From the NCBI GenBank assembly GCA_046595995.1, contig JBKJNB010000083.1, positions 71,445 to 135,444 on the forward strand: a stretch of 64,000 bases of DNA, given 5' to 3'. The stretch is from Candidatus Kapaibacteriota bacterium (GTDB lineage Bacteria > Bacteroidota > Ignavibacteria > Kapaibacteriales > Kapaibacteriaceae). The notes under the pieces are model-generated. The model saw nothing but the letters and a program-made list of their open reading frames with translations, was not told the origin of the DNA and made no database searches. Numbering within the stretch: position 1 is the stretch's first letter; every line of letters begins with the position of its first letter. Made by a program: the position numbers and the translations under genes. Of the stretch, positions 18,517-27,207 are shown in pieces.

Positions 18517-19464
18517 GTGGAAGTACCCCGCAGCACTGAAATAAAGGTTGGCCTTGTAAGCATCGTTGGCATTATGCTCCTTATTGGTGGCATCATGCTG
18601 GGCAAGGGCGTAAGCTTTAGTGTCACAAAGAAGGTTGTAAAGATTCGCCTAGAGAACTCCGGTGGCGTCGAAGCCGGATCCCCGGTTGTCGTGGATGGGG
18701 TTAAAAGGGGCTCGGTACTTGATGTCCGAAGGGACAATGGCACTGTCCTCGTCGAGGCCGAGCTGGACGAGGTGAACGATCTCCATCCGGATGCATCGGC
18801 GCTGGTAACCATGCTCGAAATCACTGGTGGTAAGAAGGTCGAGATTTCATCGGGTAATGAGCCAGGTCAGTTCGATCTTAATAAGGAAATGCCTGGTAAA
18901 GCTGCAGCGGATATTCCGCAACTGGTTACGCTGCTCGGTGAGGTCAGCGGTCCGGCAATGAATCTTATCATGCGTCTCGACACAATCTCAGCCGCGATCA
19001 CTGCTCTGCTTGCAGATGGCAAGGTCATGCAGGATATCCGGACAATGACAGGTGAGGGTGCGGTACTGATTGGTGATATGCGTGCCATCGTGCACAACAA
19101 CCGTGGCGATATCGAGGCCGCTATTCGAAACACGCGTTCACTCGTCGATGAAATTCGCGCTGCAGTTGCGAAGAACGAGCCTAAGCTCTCGGGGCTTCTG
19201 GATAGTCTCACAAGGACTGTAAGCAGCGTTGATGGCACACTTGCGAAGGCAAACGGAGCTATTGTTCATGCCGACACACTTGTAGGTCAGTTGAATGCCG
19301 TGATGTCTGAGATTCGTCACGGCAAGGGCACCATTCACGGTCTCCTTTATGATGAAGGTTTTTATCGTCGGCTCGATTCTACCATGATCGGCCTCGAAGC
19401 CTTTATTCGAACCATTGACACGAAGGGTGTTAATGTGAACGTGGGCATCGGGTGGCGGAAGTAA
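18517..19464 (+). CDS. MlaD/MCE-family protein (lipid transport periplasmic component)
   Basis: N-terminal TM anchor, EIKVGL...IGGIML, an MCE domain and a coiled C-terminal region. GTG start. Confidence 0.7.
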   Translation: MEVPRSTEIKVGLVSIVGIMLLIGGIMLGKGVSFSVTKKVVKIRLENSGGVEAGSPVVVDGVKRGSVLDVRRDNGTVLVEAELDEVNDLHPDASALVTMLEITGGKKVEISSGNEPGQFDLNKEMPGKAAADIPQLVTLLGEVSGPAMNLIMRLDTISAAITALLADGKVMQDIRTMTGEGAVLIGDMRAIVHNNRGDIEAAIRNTRSLVDEIRAAVAKNEPKLSGLLDSLTRTVSSVDGTLAKANGAIVHADTLVGQLNAVMSEIRHGKGTIHGLLYDEGFYRRLDSTMIGLEAFIRTIDTKGVNVNVGIGWRK

Positions 19465-19497
19465 TTGTGAACGTCGAGATCAGCGGGCAGAATTAAC

Positions 19498-20163
19498 ATG
19501 GCAACATCGTCTACGGCACTGACCGAAGAACTCAACGATTACGTAGTCGAGAATTTTTCAGCAGAAGATGACTTTCTACGCACACTTGTAACAGAGTCTC
19601 TTGCTGCTGGCATACCTCCGATCTCCATTGCTCCAGAACAGACTGCCTTTCTACAGGTGTTGCTGCGTGGCATTGGCGCAAGACGAGTGTTAGAGATCGG
19701 TTCGCTTGCTGGATACTCTGCCATTGCAATGGCTCGTGCACTTCCGAAAGATGGCGAACTCATAGCCTGCGAGATCGATCCGGTGTTTGCAGCGTTTATA
19801 GAGCGGAAGGCACACGAAGCCGGACTCGCCGGCGTCATCCGCGTGGTGCGTGGCCCCGCTCTCCTGTCCATCGCGACATTAGCACGGGAACCGCGCCTCG
19901 ACGCCGTATTCATCGATGCCGACAAAGTCAATTACGTCCGCTACCTCGATCTGGTGCTGCCCATGCTCCGCGTTGGGGGCCTCATCATTGGCGACAACGC
20001 CCTCGCATGGGGTCACGTAGCCGATGCCGAACCAGACTTCGAGCCGCAAAACGTAATCGCTATTCGCGAGTTCAACGAACGCATGAGTACGCACCCACAA
20101 CTTCAGAGTGCACTCGTTCCGCTGGGCGACGGAATGGTCATTGGCATCAAACTCCGCGACTGA
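19498..20163 (+). CDS. Class I SAM-dependent O-methyltransferase (family 3, caffeoyl-CoA OMT-like)
   Basis: VLEIGSLAGYSAI, ...ACEIDP... and ...DAVFIDADK..Y are family signatures. Confidence 0.8.
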   Translation: MATSSTALTEELNDYVVENFSAEDDFLRTLVTESLAAGIPPISIAPEQTAFLQVLLRGIGARRVLEIGSLAGYSAIAMARALPKDGELIACEIDPVFAAFIERKAHEAGLAGVIRVVRGPALLSIATLAREPRLDAVFIDADKVNYVRYLDLVLPMLRVGGLIIGDNALAWGHVADAEPDFEPQNVIAIREFNERMSTHPQLQSALVPLGDGMVIGIKLRD

Positions 20164-20165
20164 AC

Positions 20166-20280
20166 ATGCCCCTTTTGCGCCTTTTGCGCCTTTTGCGCCC
20201 CTTGCGCCCCTTGCGCCCCTTGCGCCACTTGCGCCCCTTGCGCCACTTGCGCCCCTTGCGCCCCTTGCGCCCCTTGCGTC
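20166..20280. repeat. 9-bp microsatellite (CGCCCCTTG and variants), about 12-13 tandem copies
   Basis: ccccttttgcgccttttgcgccttttgcgccccttgcgccccttgcgccccttgcgccacttgcgcc... lies between the OMT stop at 20163 and the start of the next gene at 20304. Confidence 0.9.
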
Positions 20281-20303
20281 CATCGCGTCTAGAAGCTGCG
20301 CGT

Positions 20304-21716
20304 ATGCTTCCAAGCCGATACGTACTACTTGCATTTGTTGCCGTGTCGGCTATGGCATTTGCTTGCAAGAGCGCACACAAACTCGGTCAAGAGTTTGACT
20401 TACGTGAGGGCGCTGAGCGTACGCAGCAGTTTCGATTTACGCAGACACGCCACATCGATTCGGTGGACATCCGTAAGCTAATGGTGGATGTCTGGAAGCT
20501 CGAGCACTATTCGTACCCAGACTCGATTCGCATGTTCGTGCGCGTGCTCGATTCTACGGGCAACGTCGTCACACACATGGCTCAACCATATGCGAAGGCG
20601 GTAGCACCGAACTACTTCACTCGGCTAGAAGAACACCTAGGCACCGGTCGTTTTCAACAACATGCAGTAGTAGAACAGTTTACTGTTCGCGAATTCAGCG
20701 AACAAGACTCTATCCCTACGTGGATTGCACTTGCACTTGATTACTCGGGATCGATGAAGCCCGTGAAGAGTGCAGTAGAAACAGGGACTGAACTGTTCGT
20801 GAGCATGAAGCGTGCATGTGATCTCATTTCAATTACCGGCTTTCACAAGGAAGCTACTGTTGTTGCACCGCTTACGCGCGACGGCGCACAGATCTTGCGC
20901 AACTACCGAGATTATTCGCAGCGCACGCAGGGCTTATTCTCTGCGTCGATGGACGGCATAATGACAGCGCTGCATACGCTCGACAGCGTTCCGATAAGCG
21001 AGCCCAAGGTTGCAATCGTATTTGCAGACGGCGACGAAAACTCCTCGACATCTAAAGTGCAGGACATTATTGAGTTCGGCGTTAAGAACAACATCTCTGT
21101 GTACTGCATTGGCTTTGGCTACGCGAATGACGAAACGCTGCAAGCACTTTCGCTATACACCGGTGGCAAGTACTATCGTGCATACTCTAAGAAGGACTTA
21201 CAAGAGATCTTCGTTGATATCTATCGAAGTCTGCGCAACTACTATCTCGTCCGCTACGTGCCACCCAGATACAACGGCCTACATGTTGTAGACGTCACGG
21301 TTAATGTCCCTGGCCGAGACACGCTTATTGCTAGAGGGCGATACGAGAAGAATCCGATGGACACGAACTTCCGCAATACCGAATTCACAAGAGCGATTCT
21401 ATTCGCATATAACGAAGCCATAATTGCTGCCTCTTCGGCACCAATACTCGACGAAATCGCAGACGCCATGACGCGTAATCCTCGCATTGTTCTTGAAGTT
21501 CAAGGCCACACAGACAACATCGGTGACGAGGCCTTCAACATGACGCTCTCGCAAGCCCGCTCAGAAGCAGTCCGCGATGCCCTCATTGCTCGTAAGGTTG
21601 ACGCCGATGCCTTACGTACACGCGCCTTCGGCTTCTCAATGCCAGTTGCGCCCAACGACACCGAAGATAATCGCGCACGCAACAGGCGTACAGTCTTCAA
21701 GATTCTTCGGAAGTAG
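20304..21716 (+). CDS. Lipoprotein with a von Willebrand factor A domain and a C-terminal OmpA-like peptidoglycan-binding domain
   Basis: Signal/lipobox MLPSRYVLLAFVAVSAMAFAC. The VWA MIDAS motif LDYSGSM is present. The OmpA motif ...TDNIGDEAFNMTLSQARSEAV...RRTVFKI is present. The ORF-track start at 20007 runs through the repeat and overlaps the OMT gene, so it was rejected. Confidence 0.75.
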   Translation: MLPSRYVLLAFVAVSAMAFACKSAHKLGQEFDLREGAERTQQFRFTQTRHIDSVDIRKLMVDVWKLEHYSYPDSIRMFVRVLDSTGNVVTHMAQPYAKAVAPNYFTRLEEHLGTGRFQQHAVVEQFTVREFSEQDSIPTWIALALDYSGSMKPVKSAVETGTELFVSMKRACDLISITGFHKEATVVAPLTRDGAQILRNYRDYSQRTQGLFSASMDGIMTALHTLDSVPISEPKVAIVFADGDENSSTSKVQDIIEFGVKNNISVYCIGFGYANDETLQALSLYTGGKYYRAYSKKDLQEIFVDIYRSLRNYYLVRYVPPRYNGLHVVDVTVNVPGRDTLIARGRYEKNPMDTNFRNTEFTRAILFAYNEAIIAASSAPILDEIADAMTRNPRIVLEVQGHTDNIGDEAFNMTLSQARSEAVRDALIARKVDADALRTRAFGFSMPVAPNDTEDNRARNRRTVFKILRK

Positions 21717-21775
21717 CCGCTTTATGAAGCAGCCGCTGCATAAAGTGATGTCCACTTCGGAAGTAGATTTGCCCC

Positions 21776-23377
21776 ATGTCAAAGACGCCCCTTCTATCTC
21801 TACTGCGACGTGCAGTCCGAACCGCATCGCGCCAGGGGCACGACTCGTCGCGTGACAGACTCGTCGCATCGCGTGATAGACTCGTCGCATCGCCTTCGTC
21901 TGAAGGCTCGATTTCGCGTCGCGATATTCTGAAGACCGGAGCTCTTGCAGGTGCGGGTTTACTCGTGCCGTCATGGATAACTGGTTGTGGACGTCCATCT
22001 GACGTACCGGAATCGCGCAAAGCAAAGGTTGTTGTTGTTGGTGCTGGTGTTGCTGGACTCCACGCTGCTTGGCTGCTGAAGAAGCAGGGCATTAATGCAG
22101 AAGTATACGAGGCAGCGTCGCGCACAGGTGGTCGGATGATGACAGCTCGCAACATCATTGCTCCGGGCACATGGACGGAGCTGGGCGGCGAGTTTATCGA
22201 TTCTGCGCACACAGACATGCTTCGCCTAGTCAAAGAGTTCAATCTTGAGCTACTCGACTTTCGCACAGATGCGTTCACTCAATACAATGATGTTTACTGG
22301 TTTGAAGGACGTCGATACACCGAAGCCGATGTGGTGCGCGAAATAGGTCCTTTGCTCGAAGCCATTGACCGCGACCTACGCATCATGCCCGCATCGTATG
22401 AGAGTCTGCGAGAGAGTCCGGCGCAAGCCTTCGATACCATGTCGCTTGATGCATACTTCACCTCTTTAGGTATTAACGGTTGGCTCCGTAGCTTCCTAGA
22501 GGTAGCATTTGTAACGGAGAACGGCCTTGAGCTTGGTGAGCAGTCGGCTCTGAATTTCCTTTCAGTTGTATCCTCAGACATAAGCGATGGCATGTTTCAT
22601 CAGTACGGAACAAGCGACGAACGGTACAAGATTCGCGGCGGAAACGAACAGATATGCGGTCACCTTACCGCTGGCATCTTCAATCACATCCACATGTCAC
22701 ATCAACTCGAACAGGTCGCTAAACGCGGCTCGCGTTATGTGCTCACATTCCGTAAAGACTCTTCGTCGGTAGAGACCGAGGCAGACATTGTGTTGCTTGC
22801 TCTTCCGTGGACCATCCTTCGCAACGTCGACTTGCCCCTTGATCTTCCGCCCCTTCGCCGCAAGATGATTAACGAGCTGCGATACGGCCAGAATGGCAAG
22901 ACCATCATCGGTTTTGATCGTCCGTTCTGGCACGACTCGATAGACAATGGCTTTGCGTACTCCGACCTGCGTATGCAGGTAGCGTGGGACAACACAGCCT
23001 TGCAGGGCAAAACGGCTGGTGGTCTAACGTTCTTCAGTGGCGGCAGTATGAATCGGGTAATCGGTGGCATGACGAAGGACGAGACCGTACGCATGATTCT
23101 AAACGAAGTTAAGAATGTGTGGCCGCTTGCTGCAAGTGCTCCGATACGTAAGACAGAACGCATGCAGTGGCCACAGCAGCCATTCATTAAAGCCAGTTAC
23201 TCCAGTTACGGTCCGGGGCAGTGGACCGACTTCTACGGCCGCGAAAGCAAACCCGAGGGACACCTATTTTTTGCTGGCGAACATTGCAGTAACGATCACA
23301 GAGGGTACATGAATGGGGCTGCCGAAACGGGGCGTTTTGCTGCGGAAAAGATTGCGGCGTTACTCGTCCGCGCCTAA
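21776..23377 (+). CDS. Flavin-containing amine oxidase (MAO / L-amino-acid oxidase family), probable Tat-exported lipoprotein
   Basis: Dinucleotide-binding VVVVGAGVAGL...YEA..R.GGR is present. A Tat-like SRRDILKTGALAGAGLL followed by ITGC sits about 45 aa in from the ATG. Confidence 0.75.
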   Translation: MSKTPLLSLLRRAVRTASRQGHDSSRDRLVASRDRLVASPSSEGSISRRDILKTGALAGAGLLVPSWITGCGRPSDVPESRKAKVVVVGAGVAGLHAAWLLKKQGINAEVYEAASRTGGRMMTARNIIAPGTWTELGGEFIDSAHTDMLRLVKEFNLELLDFRTDAFTQYNDVYWFEGRRYTEADVVREIGPLLEAIDRDLRIMPASYESLRESPAQAFDTMSLDAYFTSLGINGWLRSFLEVAFVTENGLELGEQSALNFLSVVSSDISDGMFHQYGTSDERYKIRGGNEQICGHLTAGIFNHIHMSHQLEQVAKRGSRYVLTFRKDSSSVETEADIVLLALPWTILRNVDLPLDLPPLRRKMINELRYGQNGKTIIGFDRPFWHDSIDNGFAYSDLRMQVAWDNTALQGKTAGGLTFFSGGSMNRVIGGMTKDETVRMILNEVKNVWPLAASAPIRKTERMQWPQQPFIKASYSSYGPGQWTDFYGRESKPEGHLFFAGEHCSNDHRGYMNGAAETGRFAAEKIAALLVRA

Positions 23378-23700
23378 ATCGGCTCCCACAAGTGTTTCGA
23401 CAGATCAACACGTTCATCGATAAAGCTCACACCCTCTGACTCCAGTCGTTCTCGCATAAGGAACGGAGTTTCGAAATGCATACGTCCGGATAGATCGCCG
23501 TTGCGGTTCACGACACGATGGCACGGAATGTCATTGCGATCGCGCAGAGCAACACCATTCAACGCCCAACCAATCATGCGCGCGGACGATTTCATTCCAA
23601 GTAGTTCTGCGATGGCACCGTATGTCGTGACCTTCCCCTTGGGGATACGTCGCACGACATCGTAGACGCGTTCGAAAAAGTCCTCTTTGTTCTGCTTCAT
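23374..23700 (-). CDS. MGMT-family methylated-DNA-protein-cysteine methyltransferase domain protein (DNA-binding domain only, about 108 aa)
   Basis: The PCHRVV active-site motif and a helix-turn-helix ...YGAIAELLG... are present. Confidence 0.8.
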   Translation of the reverse strand: MKQNKEDFFERVYDVVRRIPKGKVTTYGAIAELLGMKSSARMIGWALNGVALRDRNDIPCHRVVNRNGDLSGRMHFETPFLMRERLESEGVSFIDERVDLSKHLWEPI

Positions 23701-23736
23701 CGTCCTATAACCTTCATCGTCCTATAACTTAGCACA

Positions 23737-25332
23737 ATGCATGTTCGTGTCGATCTCGCTCTAACTCCTGCTCAAGCTGCCGATCCTGTTTCGTTGCGTG
23801 AATATGCAGCACTGGAGTCGGGCATTGCACTCGACGATATTTCAAGCGTTTTGGTTGTACGGCGAAGTATCGATGCTCGAGCGCGATATGCTGTGGTGCG
23901 AATTGTCGCCGACGTCTACGTGAACGAAGAGCCCCCTGCGCAGAGCCCCCTGCTCGATGCATTACGCGACGTAAGCAGCGCACCTTCTTGCATCGTTGTC
24001 GGTGCTGGGCCAGCAGGATATTTCGCTGCCCTCGAATTGATTGAGCATGGCATCAAGCCTATCGTTATTGAACGTGGCAAGGACGTTCGTGCACGGCGCA
24101 AGGATTTGCGCGCAATACAGCAGTTTGGCATCGTCGACCCACATTCAAACTACTGCTTCGGTGAGGGCGGTGCTGGTACGTATAGCGACGGCAAGCTCTA
24201 CACGAGATCACATAAAAGGGGCTCTATCGAAAAGGTGCTCCGTCTGCTTGTTGAGCATGGTGCGTCGTCAGACATCCTCGTCGATGCACACCCGCATATC
24301 GGCTCGAACAAATTATGGGCAGTGGTACGCAACATCCGCGAGACCATTCTTCGCTTCGGGGGCGAAGTACGTTTCGATGCACATGTCGTTGACTTTCTAT
24401 TCATCGGTGACCCCTCACCGCACGAACAGACTTCGGTGCTAACCGCAGCAACCATTGCGGGGGTTGTACTTGCCGACGGTACAGAAGTACATGCGCGTAA
24501 TGTGATTCTTGCGACCGGACATTCAGCCCGTGACATTTTTCGTTTGTGTGTGCGGCGCGGAATCGAAGTGCAGGCAAAGCCGTTTGCGCTTGGTGTACGT
24601 ATCGAGCATCCTCAGCGGTTAATCGATGAAGTGCAATACAAAGCGTCTGCGAGCGACCCACTCTTGCCAGCGGCGGCGTACTCACTTGTATGCCAGGCCG
24701 ACGGACGTGGCGTGTTTTCGTTCTGCATGTGTCCTGGTGGCCTTATGGTACCATCGGCGACATCACCGGGCGAAATCGTCATTAACGGCATGTCGATGTC
24801 GCGCCGCGATTCACCTTTTGCGAATGCCGGAACTGTTGTCGCCATAGAGCCGGACGATTGGCGTGGATACTCCCATGCAGGACCTCTAGCCGCCATGGAG
24901 TACCAGGCCGCAACCGAACGTGCTGCATTTGAGGCGAACGGTGATGGTTCGCAGCGTGCACCGGCACAGCGTCTCACCGACTTTCTAACTGGAAAAGTCA
25001 GCAACACAATTCCAGATACATCCTACATACCCGGCCACGCCAGCGTAGACATGCGCACGATTTTACCCCCGATGGTAGCCGAGCGCCTTGCCTTCGGAAT
25101 CCGACGTTTCGGTGAAATGATGCGTTCATACCTCACCGAAGAGGCCGTTCTCGTAGCTGTTGAATCGCGCACCAGCTCGCCTGTGCGCATCCCTCGCGAC
25201 CCTGTGACACTTCAGCACCCCGCTATCTCAGGCCTGCACCCTTGTGGCGAAGGGGCTGGCTACGCAGGGGGCATCGTAAGCGCCGCCCTCGACGGACAAA
25301 ATGTTGCTAGGGCGATTGCGCGGCAATCCTGA
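23737..25332 (+). CDS. FAD-dependent protein of the COG2509 (NAD(FAD)-utilizing dehydrogenase) family
   Basis: IVVGAGPAGYFAA, a GKDVR.R motif and C-terminal GEGAGYAGGIVSAA.DG are typical of this family. Confidence 0.7.
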   Translation: MHVRVDLALTPAQAADPVSLREYAALESGIALDDISSVLVVRRSIDARARYAVVRIVADVYVNEEPPAQSPLLDALRDVSSAPSCIVVGAGPAGYFAALELIEHGIKPIVIERGKDVRARRKDLRAIQQFGIVDPHSNYCFGEGGAGTYSDGKLYTRSHKRGSIEKVLRLLVEHGASSDILVDAHPHIGSNKLWAVVRNIRETILRFGGEVRFDAHVVDFLFIGDPSPHEQTSVLTAATIAGVVLADGTEVHARNVILATGHSARDIFRLCVRRGIEVQAKPFALGVRIEHPQRLIDEVQYKASASDPLLPAAAYSLVCQADGRGVFSFCMCPGGLMVPSATSPGEIVINGMSMSRRDSPFANAGTVVAIEPDDWRGYSHAGPLAAMEYQAATERAAFEANGDGSQRAPAQRLTDFLTGKVSNTIPDTSYIPGHASVDMRTILPPMVAERLAFGIRRFGEMMRSYLTEEAVLVAVESRTSSPVRIPRDPVTLQHPAISGLHPCGEGAGYAGGIVSAALDGQNVARAIARQS

Positions 25333-25407
25333 AGGGCCTCAAACGTCCAATCCGTATCTTTGGCGCTTGTCAATCTCCTCTATTCCTCTAACTAACCAGT
25401 GACTCAC

Positions 25408-26103
25408 ATGAAGATTCTTGTCGCGGTATTGATTGCCGTGGTCTCAGTAGCATGCAATGCCCAACCTAAAGTCAACGAAATGAAGCCTACGAATAAGAAA
25501 GACACGCTTAGCTATGCTATCGGTCTGCAAATCGGAAATTCATTCGATCAGCAAAAACTTGATGTCAACCTACAGATGGTTCTGGCTGGCATGCAGGACA
25601 AGTTGGCCGGTAAAGGCCTTCTAAATGAAGAGCAAATAGCTAAAGCCATGCAGACACTGCAGGAAGAAGCTCAGAAAACAATGGAAGAGTCGCGTGTGAA
25701 AGAAGGCTCAGAATTCCAGAAGAAGAGTGAAGAGTGGCTTGCCAAAAACAAAAAGGCAAGTGGTGTTATGATTACACCAAGCGGTCTGCAATACATGGTC
25801 ATGACAGAAGGCAAGGGTCCGAAGCCATCCCCAGAGAGCACTGTAAAAGTGCACTACCGTGGAACACACATGGACGGCAAAGTATTTGACAGCTCGTACG
25901 ATCGGAATGAACCTGCCGAATTCCCGCTTAACGGCGTTATTCGCGGTTGGACTGAAGGTCTACAGCTCATGAATGTCGGTTCGAAGTACATGCTCTATGT
26001 ACCAGCTAATCTCGCATACGGCGAACAAGGCCGTCCGGGCACCATTGGTGCCAACGAGATGCTCATTTTTGAAGTCGAGCTACTCGACATCGTAAAGAAG
26101 TAA
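25408..26103 (+). CDS. FKBP-type peptidyl-prolyl cis-trans isomerase (FkpA-like lipoprotein)
   Basis: Lipoprotein signal MKILVAVLIAVVSVAC. The FKBP domain ...VHYRGTHMDGKVFDSSYDRNEPAEFPLNGVIRGW...LIFEVELL is present. The track GTG start is 9 nt upstream. Confidence 0.85.
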   Translation: MKILVAVLIAVVSVACNAQPKVNEMKPTNKKDTLSYAIGLQIGNSFDQQKLDVNLQMVLAGMQDKLAGKGLLNEEQIAKAMQTLQEEAQKTMEESRVKEGSEFQKKSEEWLAKNKKASGVMITPSGLQYMVMTEGKGPKPSPESTVKVHYRGTHMDGKVFDSSYDRNEPAEFPLNGVIRGWTEGLQLMNVGSKYMLYVPANLAYGEQGRPGTIGANEMLIFEVELLDIVKK

Positions 26104-26147
26104 TGTCCGCTTAATGGGGCTGCTTCTCAAGGAGCGGCCCCATTGTT

Positions 26148-27131
26148 ATGCCTTTTTTTAGAAATACGAAGCTCTTAATGTCACAATTCATTCCGGCGTT
26201 CAAGGTTGGAAATTTGCCCGTCCTGTTCCTGGTTGTTGTACCAGCTCTCGCCGCCATCTATGGCGCGTGGTTATTCGTTACTGGAGACTTCACAACAACG
26301 GACATGCTTCTAGTGATAGTTGGCTCTATCCTAACCCAATACGGCGTCACGTTCGGCTACCACCGACTTGTAGTTCACAAAGCGTTCCAAGCGCACCCTG
26401 CCCTGCGAGCTGTTGTACTTGCCCTCGGTTCTATGACGATGCAAGGTCCTGTTGTCAATTGGGCTGCTACGCACACCAAGCATCACGCCATGTCTGACCA
26501 AGAAGGAGACCCGCATACGCCGACGCTGCGCGGCTTCTTGTTTGCACATTTCGAATGGATTCTTGAGATGACGACGCCCGAGATGGGTCAGATCCGCGAG
26601 GAATACGGCAATCGTTACACGAAGGACAAGATGACAATGTTCTTCGATCGGACGTTTCTCTTCTGGACAGCATTTGGCCTCGTCGTTCCCGCCATCATCG
26701 GCGGATTGAGTGGTGGCTGGATTGGTGCGTTTCATGGTCTCTTGTGGGGCGGTCTCATTCGCCTGTTCATCACAAGCCACATCACGTGGTGCGTGAACTC
26801 CGTTTGCCACATTGCGGGGAACCGCATGTTCAAAACAACTGACCAGAGTCGCAACAATTGGGTGATTGGCCTACTCGCTCTTGGCGAAGGATGGCACAAC
26901 AATCATCATGCATTCCCGAGCTCTGCATTCCACGGGTTGAAGTGGTATCAGGTAGATATCACGGGTCTCTCCATCAGAATGTTGGAACGCCTGGGTCTCG
27001 TTAAGAAGGTCGTTCGCATTCCGAAAGCCTTCCTCCAACGCAAGCTCGCAGAGGCCAAGTTGTCTGAAGCAACACCTCTTGCTGAATCGCAGTTTTCTGA
27101 GCCGTCGTACGCCGACAGCGTGCGCTCCTAA
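26148..27131 (+). CDS. Acyl-CoA (delta-9) fatty acid desaturase
   Basis: The histidine boxes HRLVVH, HTKHH and HNNHH are present, with multiple TM helices. Confidence 0.85.
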   Translation: MPFFRNTKLLMSQFIPAFKVGNLPVLFLVVVPALAAIYGAWLFVTGDFTTTDMLLVIVGSILTQYGVTFGYHRLVVHKAFQAHPALRAVVLALGSMTMQGPVVNWAATHTKHHAMSDQEGDPHTPTLRGFLFAHFEWILEMTTPEMGQIREEYGNRYTKDKMTMFFDRTFLFWTAFGLVVPAIIGGLSGGWIGAFHGLLWGGLIRLFITSHITWCVNSVCHIAGNRMFKTTDQSRNNWVIGLLALGEGWHNNHHAFPSSAFHGLKWYQVDITGLSIRMLERLGLVKKVVRIPKAFLQRKLAEAKLSEATPLAESQFSEPSYADSVRS

Positions 27132-27146
27132 AAAAAACAAGCCGTT

Positions 27147-27175
27147 CATTCCGGGAATCATTCTCTCCCGGAATG
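27147..27175. repeat. REP-like palindromic element, monomer (cattccgggaatcattctctcccggaatg)
   Basis: Lies in the intergenic region after the desaturase stop. The core 28-mer is identical to the copy at 54827. Confidence 0.85.
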
Positions 27176-27207
27176 GACGTGCAAGTCCTTTAAAACAATG
27201 AAGGGCT

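Noticed and set aside
20166-20280. The short tandem arrays at 20166, 60916 and 11388 as CRISPR arrays
   Set aside because: The units are contiguous with no unique spacers, the unit lengths (9-22 bp) are too short, and there are no cas genes.
20007-20303. N-terminal part of ORF 20007-21716 (Pro-Leu-Arg repeat stretch encoded by the 9-bp microsatellite)
   Set aside because: It overlaps the well-supported O-methyltransferase gene (19498-20163) in another frame and lacks a signal peptide. The VWA-OmpA lipoprotein has a clean lipobox start at 20304.
19879-20334. Minus-strand ORF with collagen-like GARGARGAS repeats
   Set aside because: It is an antisense reading of the 9-bp microsatellite and overlaps two genes; no independent support.
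26114-26141. Hairpin ggggctgcttctcaaggagcggcccc after the FKBP gene as a terminator
   Set aside because: The stem is imperfect and no T-tract follows; left uncalled.
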